The notes beneath the pieces are model-generated. The model had not been told where the DNA came from. It saw nothing but the letters and a program-made list of their open reading frames with translations, and did no database searches. Below, piece after piece: positions 39,085 to 49,200 of a stretch of 64,000 bases of DNA. Numbering within the stretch: position 1 is the first letter of the stretch; every line of letters begins with the position of its first letter. This stretch comes from an uncultured Candidatus Competibacteraceae bacterium (GTDB taxonomy: Bacteria > Bacteroidota > Bacteroidia > CAIKAF01), in assembly GCA_964578885.1 (NCBI GenBank), contig CAZOEO010000005.1:91752-155751 (forward strand), read 5' to 3'. A program made the translations under genes and the position numbers.

Positions 39085-41157
39085 TTACCACAACTTGCAT
39101 TGCTCCATTTCTTTCACAAACAACTGGTGCCCTTCTTTTACCCCAAATACCTTATAGAAGGGAGGAAAATTGCTGAGCACACCAACCACGCGGTATTTCC
39201 TTGGAGCGTGCACATCGGTATAAAGGCGTTGAATGAGACTTTCAGTTCGGTCATGGCCCCGCCATATTTGAGCAAAATTGATAAAAAAGCGTTCATCCGG
39301 ATGTAAACCCTGGATGGGAGAGGAACGTTGTTTTTCTGGCAAGGACTGATAAGCATCCCAAGCGATCCAGAGGCCGCCCAAATCCGCAATATTTTCTCCC
39401 AAAGTGAGTTGTCCGTTAATGCTTAATGTATCTACTGGACAGTACGCATTATAAAAGGAGACAAACCGCCTGGCCAATGACTGAAATTTTTGGGCATCTT
39501 CTTCGGCCCACCAATCTTTCAGGTTGCCCAATGCATCGAACTGGCGTCCTTGATCATCAAAACCATGCGTTAATTCGTGACCAATGACCATTCCTATACC
39601 GCCATAATTTACAGCGGGGTCAGCTTCAGGGTGGAAAAAAGGGGGTTGCAGAATAGCGGCCGGGAAAACGATCTCATTAAAAGCCGGATTGTAATATGCA
39701 TTCACCGTTTGTGGTCCCATGTACCATTCCATTCGATCTACGGGTTGGTTCAGTTTGTCCCACATTCTGCGATTTTCAAATGCCGTAGCTTCTGCAATGT
39801 TGAGTAGATACAAGGCATGTCGAAGTTTTAATCCGTCGTAACTGCGCCATTTTTCAGGATATCCCATTTTTACCTGAATCTTGGCAAGCTTTTCACGGGC
39901 TGCCGTTTTGGTAGAATCGGACATCCATGTGAGTTTGTCGATACGTCGGTCAAAGGCCATTCTGAGATTTTCCACCAAATCCAACACCTTTACTTTGGCA
40001 GTTTCATCAAATACTTTTTTCACATAAGCCTGCCCGACGGCATCTCTGAGCCAAATATCGGCCTGTTCACATACCAATTGCCAACGAGGCTCGGGAGACT
40101 TTTTCCCCATAAGCGTTTGGCCATAGAATTTAAAATGCAAATTGGCCATGTCGCGATGCATGAAAGGCGCACCATAACGCATTTCATGAAACTGAAAATA
40201 TGCGGTCCAATGAGCCTGATCAAACTTGGTCAATGCCTGATCCAAAGCTTTAAAATAATCAGGTTGCCCTACAATAATTTCTGTGGCATCTATCTGCAAT
40301 TGCTCAAAGAAAAGGTGCCAATCGAAACTCGGCATCCAATGCATGAGGTCTTCCAATTGAGTTGGATGATAAGTAGCGTAGGGATCCCGCATGGCTTCCA
40401 GCGTCATGCTGTGACGGGCCAAATGGGTCTCTACGGCCATCACCCGGGCTGCGTTCTTTCTGGCTTCTGTGGAAACCTGACCGCTCAGTTCAAAAAACCG
40501 AGAAATCATTTCCTCATACTTTTGGCGCAGGTTGGTGGAACGCGCATCAGAACGGAAATAATAGTCCCGCTCCGGCAATCCAAGACCATCTTGTCCCAGG
40601 TAAAGGACATTACGGGTATGGTCTTTTAAATCCTGGTCTACATAAATGGCAAAAGGCAAAGGAACGCCGCTCGGAAGGGCTTTGGAAAAATGCAAGGCAC
40701 GTGCCGCCGGATCCTGACCATATGTCCAGCCGGAAGTCAGGCGTTTCAAGGAAGAAAATCCAGCCTTTTCAAGTGCGACCGTGTCCATGGCCACAGACCA
40801 GAAACGACCCATCAGAAGTGTATTGGCATCGCTCTGGTTGCTGGCATTTGAAGCGTCTTCTAATAATTGACGCACCTCGGTCCGGCTTTTTTCCTGCAAT
40901 TCATGAAAGGCGCCCCATGAACTTTTGCTATCGGGAATGGGATGGCCATTGATCCATCGTTGGTTTACGAACTCAAAAAAAGCATCCGCAGGGGCATAGC
41001 TACTATCTAAGTCTTGAACTGAAATCAGATCTACAAAAGGAGTCTTTTCGGACGAACCCATATGTCCGCACCCCCAAGTACCCACACCTAAACTAAACCA
41101 AAGGGCCAAACGCATAATAAAGTTCTTTAGGCAAAGGTAAAGTGAAGCATGCGCCAC
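39085..41157 (-). CDS. M13 family metalloendopeptidase (neprilysin/PepO-like)
   Basis: HEXXH in VIGHELTHGFDDQG, ENIADLGG motif, NAYY motif. The true start may be an internal Met at MRLALWFSL. Confidence 0.85.
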   Translation of the reverse strand: MAHASLYLCLKNFIMRLALWFSLGVGTWGCGHMGSSEKTPFVDLISVQDLDSSYAPADAFFEFVNQRWINGHPIPDSKSSWGAFHELQEKSRTEVRQLLEDASNASNQSDANTLLMGRFWSVAMDTVALEKAGFSSLKRLTSGWTYGQDPAARALHFSKALPSGVPLPFAIYVDQDLKDHTRNVLYLGQDGLGLPERDYYFRSDARSTNLRQKYEEMISRFFELSGQVSTEARKNAARVMAVETHLARHSMTLEAMRDPYATYHPTQLEDLMHWMPSFDWHLFFEQLQIDATEIIVGQPDYFKALDQALTKFDQAHWTAYFQFHEMRYGAPFMHRDMANLHFKFYGQTLMGKKSPEPRWQLVCEQADIWLRDAVGQAYVKKVFDETAKVKVLDLVENLRMAFDRRIDKLTWMSDSTKTAAREKLAKIQVKMGYPEKWRSYDGLKLRHALYLLNIAEATAFENRRMWDKLNQPVDRMEWYMGPQTVNAYYNPAFNEIVFPAAILQPPFFHPEADPAVNYGGIGMVIGHELTHGFDDQGRQFDALGNLKDWWAEEDAQKFQSLARRFVSFYNAYCPVDTLSINGQLTLGENIADLGGLWIAWDAYQSLPEKQRSSPIQGLHPDERFFINFAQIWRGHDRTESLIQRLYTDVHAPRKYRVVGVLSNFPPFYKVFGVKEGHQLFVKEMEQCKLW

Positions 41158-41482
41158 ACCTATCCTTTACGCGTTACTATTTGTTAATAGCCCAAAAGAG
41201 TACATCAGGAATTTTGCTTCACACGGACAAGCGCATTACGAAAATTTCCAAAACCCAGCACTAAATGGTTCTTCTAACGGAAGGGGATTTTAACGGAAGG
41301 GACACAGAGGGAGGCGCTAAGGACGCGGAGGATTAGTACCCATTTATACAAAGGATTTTAGACACTTTGCGCTCTCTGCGAAGACCCTTCTAACTCTGCG
41401 TTATTAAAAGAAAGTCCAATTCTACACAATTGGAACTTTGACCCTTATTGGCGGATAATACCCTCTTTCCTACCTTTGAGCC

Positions 41483-42529
41483 ATGAGTTTACGGATTTCG
41501 GAATTGGCCAGGATCTGCGAAATACCCGGCGCACCAGGACACGAACAAGCTGTTACGGCTTTTCTCAAAACACAGCTTTCTCCATATATATCTCACATCC
41601 ACATAGATGGGATGGGAAATCTCACCTGCACCATCCCTGGCAAGTCAGATCAATCTATCATGGTTGCCGCCCATATGGATGAAATTGGCTTTATGGTCAC
41701 ACATATTGAACCGCAAGGAGCATTAAGGATCACGCCCTTAGGTGGTTTCGACCCAAAAACCCTCACAGCTCAGCGTGTTTGGGTGCATGGGCACCAAGAT
41801 GTTCTTGGCGTCATGGGTTCCAAGCCCATCCACCTTATGGATACTGAAGACAGAAATAAAGCACCTAAAATATCCGATTTCTTCATTGATTTAGGTCTTC
41901 CGTATGAAGAAGTCATCCAAATCGTTTCCATAGGCGATGTGGTGACCCGGGAACGCAGCCTGGTACAGATGGGCCAATGCGTCAACGCCAAATCTCTGGA
42001 CAATCGCGTTTCGGTTTTCATTCTCATGGAAACACTTATTGCGCTTTCAAGCCAAAATTTACCATTTACTTTTCACGGCGTATTTACCGTACAGGAAGAA
42101 GTGGGGATTCGTGGGGCACAAGCCGCAGCATTGCGTTTAAATCCTCATTTCGGCCTTGGCTTGGATACCACCATCGCTTATGATGTACCCGGTGCCGCGG
42201 CGTACGAACAAATTACATCACTCGGGAAAGGCGTGGCCATCAAATGGATGGACGCTTCCGCTATTGCACACCCATCCATGGTAAAGTTCCTGAAAAACCG
42301 CGCTATCCAAAACAACATTCCATGGCAACCTGAAATTCTGACTGCTGGTGGAACAGATACGGCGGCCATCCAGCGTTTTAATCCAGGAGGCGCTATTACA
42401 GGTGCATTATCCATTCCCACCAGACACATTCATCAGGTCATAGAAATGTGTCATGTAACGGATATACAAGCGGCTATTGACCTGCTGTCCGATAGCATCT
42501 TACATCTGGATGCTTTCCCTCAAGGCTGA
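41483..42529 (+). CDS. M42 family peptidase (FrvX/glutamyl aminopeptidase-like)
   Basis: AAHMDEIGFMV metal-binding motif and overall M42 layout. Confidence 0.8.
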   Translation: MSLRISELARICEIPGAPGHEQAVTAFLKTQLSPYISHIHIDGMGNLTCTIPGKSDQSIMVAAHMDEIGFMVTHIEPQGALRITPLGGFDPKTLTAQRVWVHGHQDVLGVMGSKPIHLMDTEDRNKAPKISDFFIDLGLPYEEVIQIVSIGDVVTRERSLVQMGQCVNAKSLDNRVSVFILMETLIALSSQNLPFTFHGVFTVQEEVGIRGAQAAALRLNPHFGLGLDTTIAYDVPGAAAYEQITSLGKGVAIKWMDASAIAHPSMVKFLKNRAIQNNIPWQPEILTAGGTDTAAIQRFNPGGAITGALSIPTRHIHQVIEMCHVTDIQAAIDLLSDSILHLDAFPQG

Positions 42530-43937
42530 AGAATGGAAAACCGCAAAGCCCTTTTGGTGTATTGCGGCGGGTTGGACCATACTTTCGTGGATGCGTTGGC
42601 TTCTGACCGGATCAATCAAAGTAGACGAACATTATCCACAAGGCTGGGCTTCTGCCATCCTTCTCAGTTTGGCCGTTTTCCTGCTTATCTACAGCATTTT
42701 CAGGTTGTACGAAAACTTGAGAAAACCGGCGAAAATGTCGCCCCGAGCTTGGAAAATCACAATTCTCGGATCCATCTGGCTTCTTTGGCCCATGCTACCA
42801 GCGTTTTCCAATGATTTGTTCAGTTTGTTGTATCACGCAGAAATCAAAGCACATGGAATGCCTGTGTATGTACAACCCCTTCCTGAATTTACGGGTACCT
42901 GGCTAAATTTTGTAGGCGAACGATGGCGGTCTACTCCGCTGGTTTACGGTCCCGTAGCTTTGCTTCCCGGGCTACCTCTCTCCTTCTTTTCATTGCATCC
43001 CCTGGGTGCCATTTTGCTCACCAAGGCCCTATTCCTGCTTCCATGTACTTTGCTGGTGCTGAAGCTTCCAAATCGTTTCTGGGAAATACAAGCGGTTCCT
43101 TTGCTTTGGCTTTCACCCCTGGTTTCATTATCCGGATTTGGACAGGTACACACAGATCTTTGGATGGTCATGGCGGGCATCGGTGCGTTTGTATGGGCAA
43201 GAACGCATCCCGTTTGGGCAGGCTTGCTGATGGGAACAGCCCTGTCCGTGAAACTTTCTTCTATTTTATTGGGTGCGGGACTCTTGGTCCTTTGGCGCAC
43301 CATGACCCTGAAGCAAATCATTTTCAATATTCTGGCCACACTGGTCAGTCTTTTCGGTTGGTACGCCCTTCTGGGCGAGGACATTTCTGTGTTGCTGACT
43401 CCACTGAAAACCTTATCGAATATGGCGCCAACCGGAAGTTTTGTAGACACGTTGAGTGAGATTTTCCGATTTTTCACTGCAGGTGGGAACATTCGACCGC
43501 CGGAGCCCGATCCCATCCGCGCGAGGGCTTTAGATTTCGCAGAAAAAGGCCCCATTTGGTTGTGGATGGTACCCCTGTTTGGAGCAGCCGGAATATCATT
43601 GGGCGTATTTTCCATTTGGCGGTTATGGAAAGAAGATAAAGCCGCTACCACTAGCTGGAATTGGGCGCTGGGAGCCACCGTGGCCATTCTTTGCCTTGCT
43701 ACGCCCAAGTTTCATCCGTGGTACTTGCTGTTGCTGTTGCCTTTTCTCCATTTTTCCCCGTCACGAACCTGGCAATACTGGTTTATCCTCGCCGGCAGCG
43801 TCGCAAGTCTGCAAGATTTCAGTCAACTGTTGCCGCATCATCATTTCGCCTTTTCCATTTGGGTGGCCAGCACCGCCATCTTCACCTTACTGGCTTTTTT
43901 GTGGAAAGGCAAGATCCGATATGGGGAGGGAAGGTAG
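42477..43937 (+). CDS. polytopic membrane protein (possible GT-C-like glycosyltransferase / DUF2029-like)
   Basis: At least 10 TM helices. No confident family assignment. The true start is probably downstream of the overlap with the M42 gene. Confidence 0.35.
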   Translation: MTCCPIASYIWMLSLKAEEWKTAKPFWCIAAGWTILSWMRWLLTGSIKVDEHYPQGWASAILLSLAVFLLIYSIFRLYENLRKPAKMSPRAWKITILGSIWLLWPMLPAFSNDLFSLLYHAEIKAHGMPVYVQPLPEFTGTWLNFVGERWRSTPLVYGPVALLPGLPLSFFSLHPLGAILLTKALFLLPCTLLVLKLPNRFWEIQAVPLLWLSPLVSLSGFGQVHTDLWMVMAGIGAFVWARTHPVWAGLLMGTALSVKLSSILLGAGLLVLWRTMTLKQIIFNILATLVSLFGWYALLGEDISVLLTPLKTLSNMAPTGSFVDTLSEIFRFFTAGGNIRPPEPDPIRARALDFAEKGPIWLWMVPLFGAAGISLGVFSIWRLWKEDKAATTSWNWALGATVAILCLATPKFHPWYLLLLLPFLHFSPSRTWQYWFILAGSVASLQDFSQLLPHHHFAFSIWVASTAIFTLLAFLWKGKIRYGEGR

Positions 43938-44383
43938 CAATCGCGGCTCCCACAACCATTATAAAATCGCACATCAACGAGACTTTTCAATGGAAGTCGC
44001 AAACTTTTTCCAACTTACCCGGAACAATAACGACGGAAGTCAAAAACTCGTTGGCCAAGAACTCCCTTCAGGCTGCGAGCTTTACATCCGGGAAAATGAC
44101 TTTCTCAGAACACAAAATCAACAGCTACTTGATAAAATTGGCTCATCCAAGCAAGGCCATTGAACCAACCATTTTTAATCGTAAAACAGTCCGCCTTTCT
44201 TAAAAAAACGCAAATAAATTCGCCTTCCTCACCCCTCTCCTGCGCACCCATCTGCGCCTCCGCGGTCTCCACGCGTTCTGCGATATTTACCCCACCCTTC
44301 CCCGAATCCTAGGGATTTCCTTAATTTAGCGCTTTGTTTTTATCCATCAAGCCGAATACAACAACGGCAGAAACTATTCTAAT

Positions 44384-45745
44384 ATGCAACTATTGGTTCA
44401 GGTCGGTCAGTTTTTACTCAGCCTTTCTTTGTTGATTGTGCTTCACGAAGGAGGACACTATCTGGCCGCCCGCCTGTTCAAAACCAGGGTCGAAAAATTT
44501 TATCTCTTCTTTGATTTCCTTTTCCCACTGCCCACCGTCCTGAACTTTGCTCTACTCAAATTCAAAAGGGGTGATACCGAATACGGACTCGGATGGTTTC
44601 CACTGGGTGGTTACGTAAAAATTGCCGGTATGGCCGATGAATCAAATGATAAAGAAGCCCTGAAACAGCCCCCGCAACCTTGGGAATACCGCTCGAAAAA
44701 AGCATGGCAGCGACTGATTATCATTCTCGGCGGCATCATCGTAAACCTCGTTTTGGGATTTGTCGTGTACACGGGAATCATCTGGAAATATGGTGAAACC
44801 ATTGTACCCGCATCTAAACTCACTCAAGGCGTCCATTTTACCGATTCTCTTTCTTACCAGCAAGGCTTTATGGATGGGGATGTGATTGTACGTGTCGGCG
44901 ACGAAACCGTGAATCATGTAGAATCTGCCTTCGGACTTGTTATACTCAAAGAAGCAACTTCGGTAACGGTGAAGAGAAACGGACAAGAAATAGATTTACC
45001 ACTTTCCGCAGAATACCGCAACTACCTCATTTCTCAGGCGGATGTAAAACCCATGTTCGTAGTGCAGGCTCCCACCCTGGTGGCTGAAATTATCGGGGAT
45101 TCTCCGGCGGAAAAAGCGGGCCTCCAAGCTGGAGACCAAATCCTAATGGTGGATTCCACCCGTTTGCGTTCGGCCTATGATTTCAGGGAATTTGCACAAG
45201 CGCATCCCGGTGCCACCGTAAACCTGACCAATCTTCGCGGCCACGACACATTGCATCTCCCTGTCACCATTTCGCAGGAAGGAACCATTGGTATTCAGTT
45301 GGAAATGGGCTTCGACAAACTCGGAATCCCGGTTGAAATCACACATTTTTCACTCCTGGCCGCCATACCCGCAGGATTTTCAAGAGGCATTCAAACGCTG
45401 TCCGGATACGTTCGACAGTTCAAACTTATCTTTCAACCCAGCACCGGGGCTTATAAAAAAGTAGGTGGATTTGCCCGAATGGCCCAAATGTTCCCCAAAA
45501 CATGGAGCTGGCAAGCATTCTGGAGTCTTACCGCCACGCTTTCGCTCATCCTGGCCTTTATGAACTTTTTACCGATTCCCGGACTGGATGGCGGATACAT
45601 GCTTTTTATCCTTTGGGAAATGATTACCGGGAAAGAACCCGGCGAAAAATTCCTCGAACGTGCTAATACCGTAGGATTCATCCTCATCATTGGTCTTTTG
45701 CTGTACGCAAACCTTAACGACGTTTTTCAAATTTTCATTAAATAA
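44384..45745 (+). CDS. rseP: RIP metalloprotease RseP (site-2 protease)
   Basis: HEGGHY zinc motif in TM1, PDZ domain, C-terminal LNFLPIPGLDGG motif. Confidence 0.85.
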   Translation: MQLLVQVGQFLLSLSLLIVLHEGGHYLAARLFKTRVEKFYLFFDFLFPLPTVLNFALLKFKRGDTEYGLGWFPLGGYVKIAGMADESNDKEALKQPPQPWEYRSKKAWQRLIIILGGIIVNLVLGFVVYTGIIWKYGETIVPASKLTQGVHFTDSLSYQQGFMDGDVIVRVGDETVNHVESAFGLVILKEATSVTVKRNGQEIDLPLSAEYRNYLISQADVKPMFVVQAPTLVAEIIGDSPAEKAGLQAGDQILMVDSTRLRSAYDFREFAQAHPGATVNLTNLRGHDTLHLPVTISQEGTIGIQLEMGFDKLGIPVEITHFSLLAAIPAGFSRGIQTLSGYVRQFKLIFQPSTGAYKKVGGFARMAQMFPKTWSWQAFWSLTATLSLILAFMNFLPIPGLDGGYMLFILWEMITGKEPGEKFLERANTVGFILIIGLLLYANLNDVFQIFIK

Positions 45746-45756
45746 ACTCCACCCTC

Positions 45757-47289
45757 ATGCACGCTTTTCTCCAACAATTAGGCATTCAAGACCAAGGTGT
45801 AAATCCTGGTTATTCCACAGGTAAACAAGAAAAACAAGGCGCCGGAACCGTACTTTCTTCCTTTAGCCCTGTAGATGGCAGCCGCATTGCGCAAATTGGC
45901 TCTTGTACCGAGGAAGATTATCACGCTGCCATTCAAAAAGCACAGGAGGCTTTTGCGATTTGGCGGACTTGGCCTGCACCCAAAAGAGGTGAAATTGTAC
46001 GCCAGTTCGGTGAGGCTTTACGCGCTAAAAAAGAAGATTTAGGCCGTCTGGTATCCTACGAAATGGGAAAAAGTCTACAGGAAGGACTGGGGGAAGTACA
46101 GGAAATGATCGACATCTGTGATTTTGCAGTAGGTCTATCTCGCCAACTTTATGGACTGACCATGCATTCTGAGCGGGCCAACCATCGTATGTATGAGCAA
46201 TGGCATCCGCTAGGCATCACGGGCATTATTACCGCGTTTAACTTCCCGGTAGCCGTTTGGGCTTGGAACACCGCATTAGCATGGGTTTGCGGAAACGTAA
46301 CGGTATGGAAACCTTCGGAAAAAACGCCTTTATGCGGAATTGCTTGTCAGCGAATTATCGCCGAAGTTTTTGAAGCCAACGGCGTACCCGAAGGCGTTTC
46401 TTGCCTGGTTACCGGCGACCGAATGATTGGCGAAGCCATGTCCAACGATCCACGCATTCCTTTGGTCTCTGCTACGGGTTCTACGCGTATGGGAAAATCA
46501 GTCGCCGCCGCAGTAGGCAGCCGATTGGGCAAAAGCTTACTGGAATTAGGTGGAAATAACGCCATTATTGTAACGCCTGAGGCCGACCTGGGATTAGCGA
46601 TTCGTGGTGTACTTTTCGGCGCAGTAGGAACTGCCGGACAGCGCTGCACTTCGACCAGACGTGTTATCATTCATGCCTCGGTTTACGACGCTTTCTGCAG
46701 CCAACTGAAAGCTGCTTACGGACAATTGGTGATTGGAGATCCGCTCAATCCCGCAAACCACGTAGGGCCACTTATCGACTTACAAGCCGTAGAAATGTAT
46801 AACAAAGCCCGCGCTTCTGTGGAAGCAGAAGGCGCAAAAATTTTAGTACAAGGCGGCGTATTGCAAGGTGCTGGATTCGAAAGCGGTTGTTTCGTGAAAC
46901 CCTGCGTGTATGAAGTGACACCTAACATGCACATGGTGAAAGAAGAAACCTTCGCTCCGATTTTGTATGTCATGAAATATGAGCACCTGGAGGAAGCCAT
47001 TGCCATTCAAAACAATGTTCCTCAGGGCCTTTCAAGTGCCATTTTCACCCGCAACCTGCTTGAGGCGGAAACTTTCCTAAGCCAGGCGGGATCCGATTGT
47101 GGCATCGCCAACGTAAATATCGGTACGTCTGGTGCAGAAATTGGTGGCGCATTTGGTGGCGAAAAAGAAACCGGCGGTGGACGGGAATCCGGATCCGATG
47201 CGTGGAAAGCCTACATGCGCAGACAAACCAACACCATCAATTACGGCACTACATTGCCATTGGCGCAAGGCATTCAATTCAATATTTAA
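45757..47289 (+). CDS. aldehyde dehydrogenase, ALDH7 (piperideine-6-carboxylate / aminoadipate-semialdehyde dehydrogenase-like)
   Basis: PAPKRGEIVRQ, VSYEMGK, ELGGNN and catalytic Cys region GQRCTS. N-terminal LQQLGI resembles antiquitin. Confidence 0.85.
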   Translation: MHAFLQQLGIQDQGVNPGYSTGKQEKQGAGTVLSSFSPVDGSRIAQIGSCTEEDYHAAIQKAQEAFAIWRTWPAPKRGEIVRQFGEALRAKKEDLGRLVSYEMGKSLQEGLGEVQEMIDICDFAVGLSRQLYGLTMHSERANHRMYEQWHPLGITGIITAFNFPVAVWAWNTALAWVCGNVTVWKPSEKTPLCGIACQRIIAEVFEANGVPEGVSCLVTGDRMIGEAMSNDPRIPLVSATGSTRMGKSVAAAVGSRLGKSLLELGGNNAIIVTPEADLGLAIRGVLFGAVGTAGQRCTSTRRVIIHASVYDAFCSQLKAAYGQLVIGDPLNPANHVGPLIDLQAVEMYNKARASVEAEGAKILVQGGVLQGAGFESGCFVKPCVYEVTPNMHMVKEETFAPILYVMKYEHLEEAIAIQNNVPQGLSSAIFTRNLLEAETFLSQAGSDCGIANVNIGTSGAEIGGAFGGEKETGGGRESGSDAWKAYMRRQTNTINYGTTLPLAQGIQFNI

Positions 47290-47292
47290 GCC

Positions 47293-47832
47293 ATGCGAAG
47301 CGTGCTTTGGGTAGGATGTATTGGTTTTGTGGCCTGCACAGGTCCCGGCAACACCAAACAGGTGTCATCCTACCCATCTGCCGCTGCCATGCTGGACTCT
47401 CTGGTTCCTGTCCTGGAAAATTCACGCGATACTTTTTACCAAAACCTACATTATCACGAAGAAAAGCCAGTCACACAACCCATTAAAACGCCTGTGAACT
47501 GGAAAGAAGTGCTGGAAGTCTTTTATACGCTGGACATCAGTAAACCAGCTTTGCAAGGACAGTACCAGCAGGTAAAATCCACCGAAGGAGAAACCCTGTG
47601 GAATACTTTTACCACGAATAAAGAAAACCTTCCCGTCAAAGTATTTGCTATACAACAAGATAGTCTCGGTTATTGCCAATTTACAGGACAGATTAGAAAA
47701 GAAAATCTGATTTCCGGACATGAAGTAAGCTTACGCGCCGACCTCAGAAACCAGGATTTCTCCTACGAAGGTCGCCGTTGGACCTTGTGGTCTAAAGATA
47801 CCGTTCCCTTTGGTGTACGCGTTTTCAAATGA
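47293..47832 (+). CDS. hypothetical lipoprotein
   Basis: Signal peptide with Cys (GFVAC). 179 aa. Confidence 0.35.
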   Translation: MRSVLWVGCIGFVACTGPGNTKQVSSYPSAAAMLDSLVPVLENSRDTFYQNLHYHEEKPVTQPIKTPVNWKEVLEVFYTLDISKPALQGQYQQVKSTEGETLWNTFTTNKENLPVKVFAIQQDSLGYCQFTGQIRKENLISGHEVSLRADLRNQDFSYEGRRWTLWSKDTVPFGVRVFK

Positions 47833-48965
47833 CCGAATCAGGCATTTATATTCATGTTCCATTTTGCAGAAAGGCTTGCCATTACTGCGATTTTCATTTT
47901 TCAACCGGACTGGCTGGAATTCCGGACATGGTGGACGCGCTGGAAAAGGAAATTCACTGGTGGGCACAAAAACAAAGTGGCCCCATTCGCTCCATCTACT
48001 TTGGTGGCGGAACGCCTTCTCTGCTTTCCACGAGCCAACTCCAAAAACTTCTTCATGCGGTTTTTCAAGGCTTTTCCATTCTTCCCCATGCGGAAATCAC
48101 CCTGGAAGTTAATCCGGACGACGTACATGAGGCACAAGCTGAAGATTGGCGAAAGGCCGGTATTAACCGTTTAAGCATGGGCATCCAGAGTTTACAGGAT
48201 GAAGGACTGGCTTATATGAACCGCATTCATACATCGGAAATAGCGAGAAAAGCCATTCACCTCATTCAAAAAACCGGATTTTCATCGTATTCTCTGGATT
48301 TAATCTATGGTGTTCCGGCCAGAAGTACACAGGCCTGGGAAGAAGAATTACAAGAAATTTTTGAATGGCGCCCACCCCATGTTTCCGCCTATGCCCTTAC
48401 GGTAGAACCGGATACGCCTCTTGCCCATTTTATTCGAAGAAAGAAAGCGGTGGCACCAGACGAAGAACAGGCGGCCACTGAATTTGAACGACTCATGTTC
48501 CACGCGGAACATTCCGGATACCTGCATTACGAGACCTCCAATTTTGCTCTTCCCGGTCAAAAAGCCGTCCATAATTCAGGATATTGGGACATGCGTCCCT
48601 GTATTGCTATCGGACCATCCGCACATGGTTGGGACGGCGAAAAACGATATAGACAACCCGCAAATAATCAAAGATATATACAGTCCTGGAAAAATGGAGA
48701 ACCTGCATTTTCGGTAGAAACATTAAACGACCGGGAACATTACCACGAGTTTATTCTTACGCAGGTAAGGACCTTTCGGATTCCTTCTCCGGATCAAATT
48801 GCATCAAAATGGGGATCACTCATCGGGGAAAAATACAAGCGCAAATATCTGCGTTTAATGAAAACGGGATGGATTACAGCGCAGGAAGTGCTGCCTGCCG
48901 CAAGATTGTTCGGAGACCGCATCACACTGGAACTTATGTTCAACGAAGACGAATGGACATCATAA
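47829..48965 (+). CDS. hemW: radical SAM heme chaperone HemW (HemN-like, oxygen-independent coproporphyrinogen oxidase family)
   Basis: YIHVPFCRKACHYCDF radical SAM motif and HemN-like C-terminal region. Confidence 0.85.
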   Translation: MTESGIYIHVPFCRKACHYCDFHFSTGLAGIPDMVDALEKEIHWWAQKQSGPIRSIYFGGGTPSLLSTSQLQKLLHAVFQGFSILPHAEITLEVNPDDVHEAQAEDWRKAGINRLSMGIQSLQDEGLAYMNRIHTSEIARKAIHLIQKTGFSSYSLDLIYGVPARSTQAWEEELQEIFEWRPPHVSAYALTVEPDTPLAHFIRRKKAVAPDEEQAATEFERLMFHAEHSGYLHYETSNFALPGQKAVHNSGYWDMRPCIAIGPSAHGWDGEKRYRQPANNQRYIQSWKNGEPAFSVETLNDREHYHEFILTQVRTFRIPSPDQIASKWGSLIGEKYKRKYLRLMKTGWITAQEVLPAARLFGDRITLELMFNEDEWTS

Positions 48966-49200
48966 ACCCTTGATTTCCATAAAATAATAAAGTAGAAAAA
49001 TATTCGCTTCCGGGAAAAAGACCCATGAACATCGGCAGGAAAAAGACAAAACATTGCGCCAAAACATTGAGGATGTACAAGAACCAAACGCAACATAAGC
49101 AAGCTGCAAAACCTGAAACATTCATAGGAGTTTTGCGTACATTAGCTTTGGTGAGTACTGCGGGCATTACATTCGAAGGATAAGCCTGATTTACTGAACT

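Noticed and set aside
42944-43708. 254-aa minus-strand ORF opposite the polytopic membrane protein gene
   Set aside because: Antisense to a long hydrophobic gene. Its composition (R/P/S-rich) is typical of a reverse-frame artefact.
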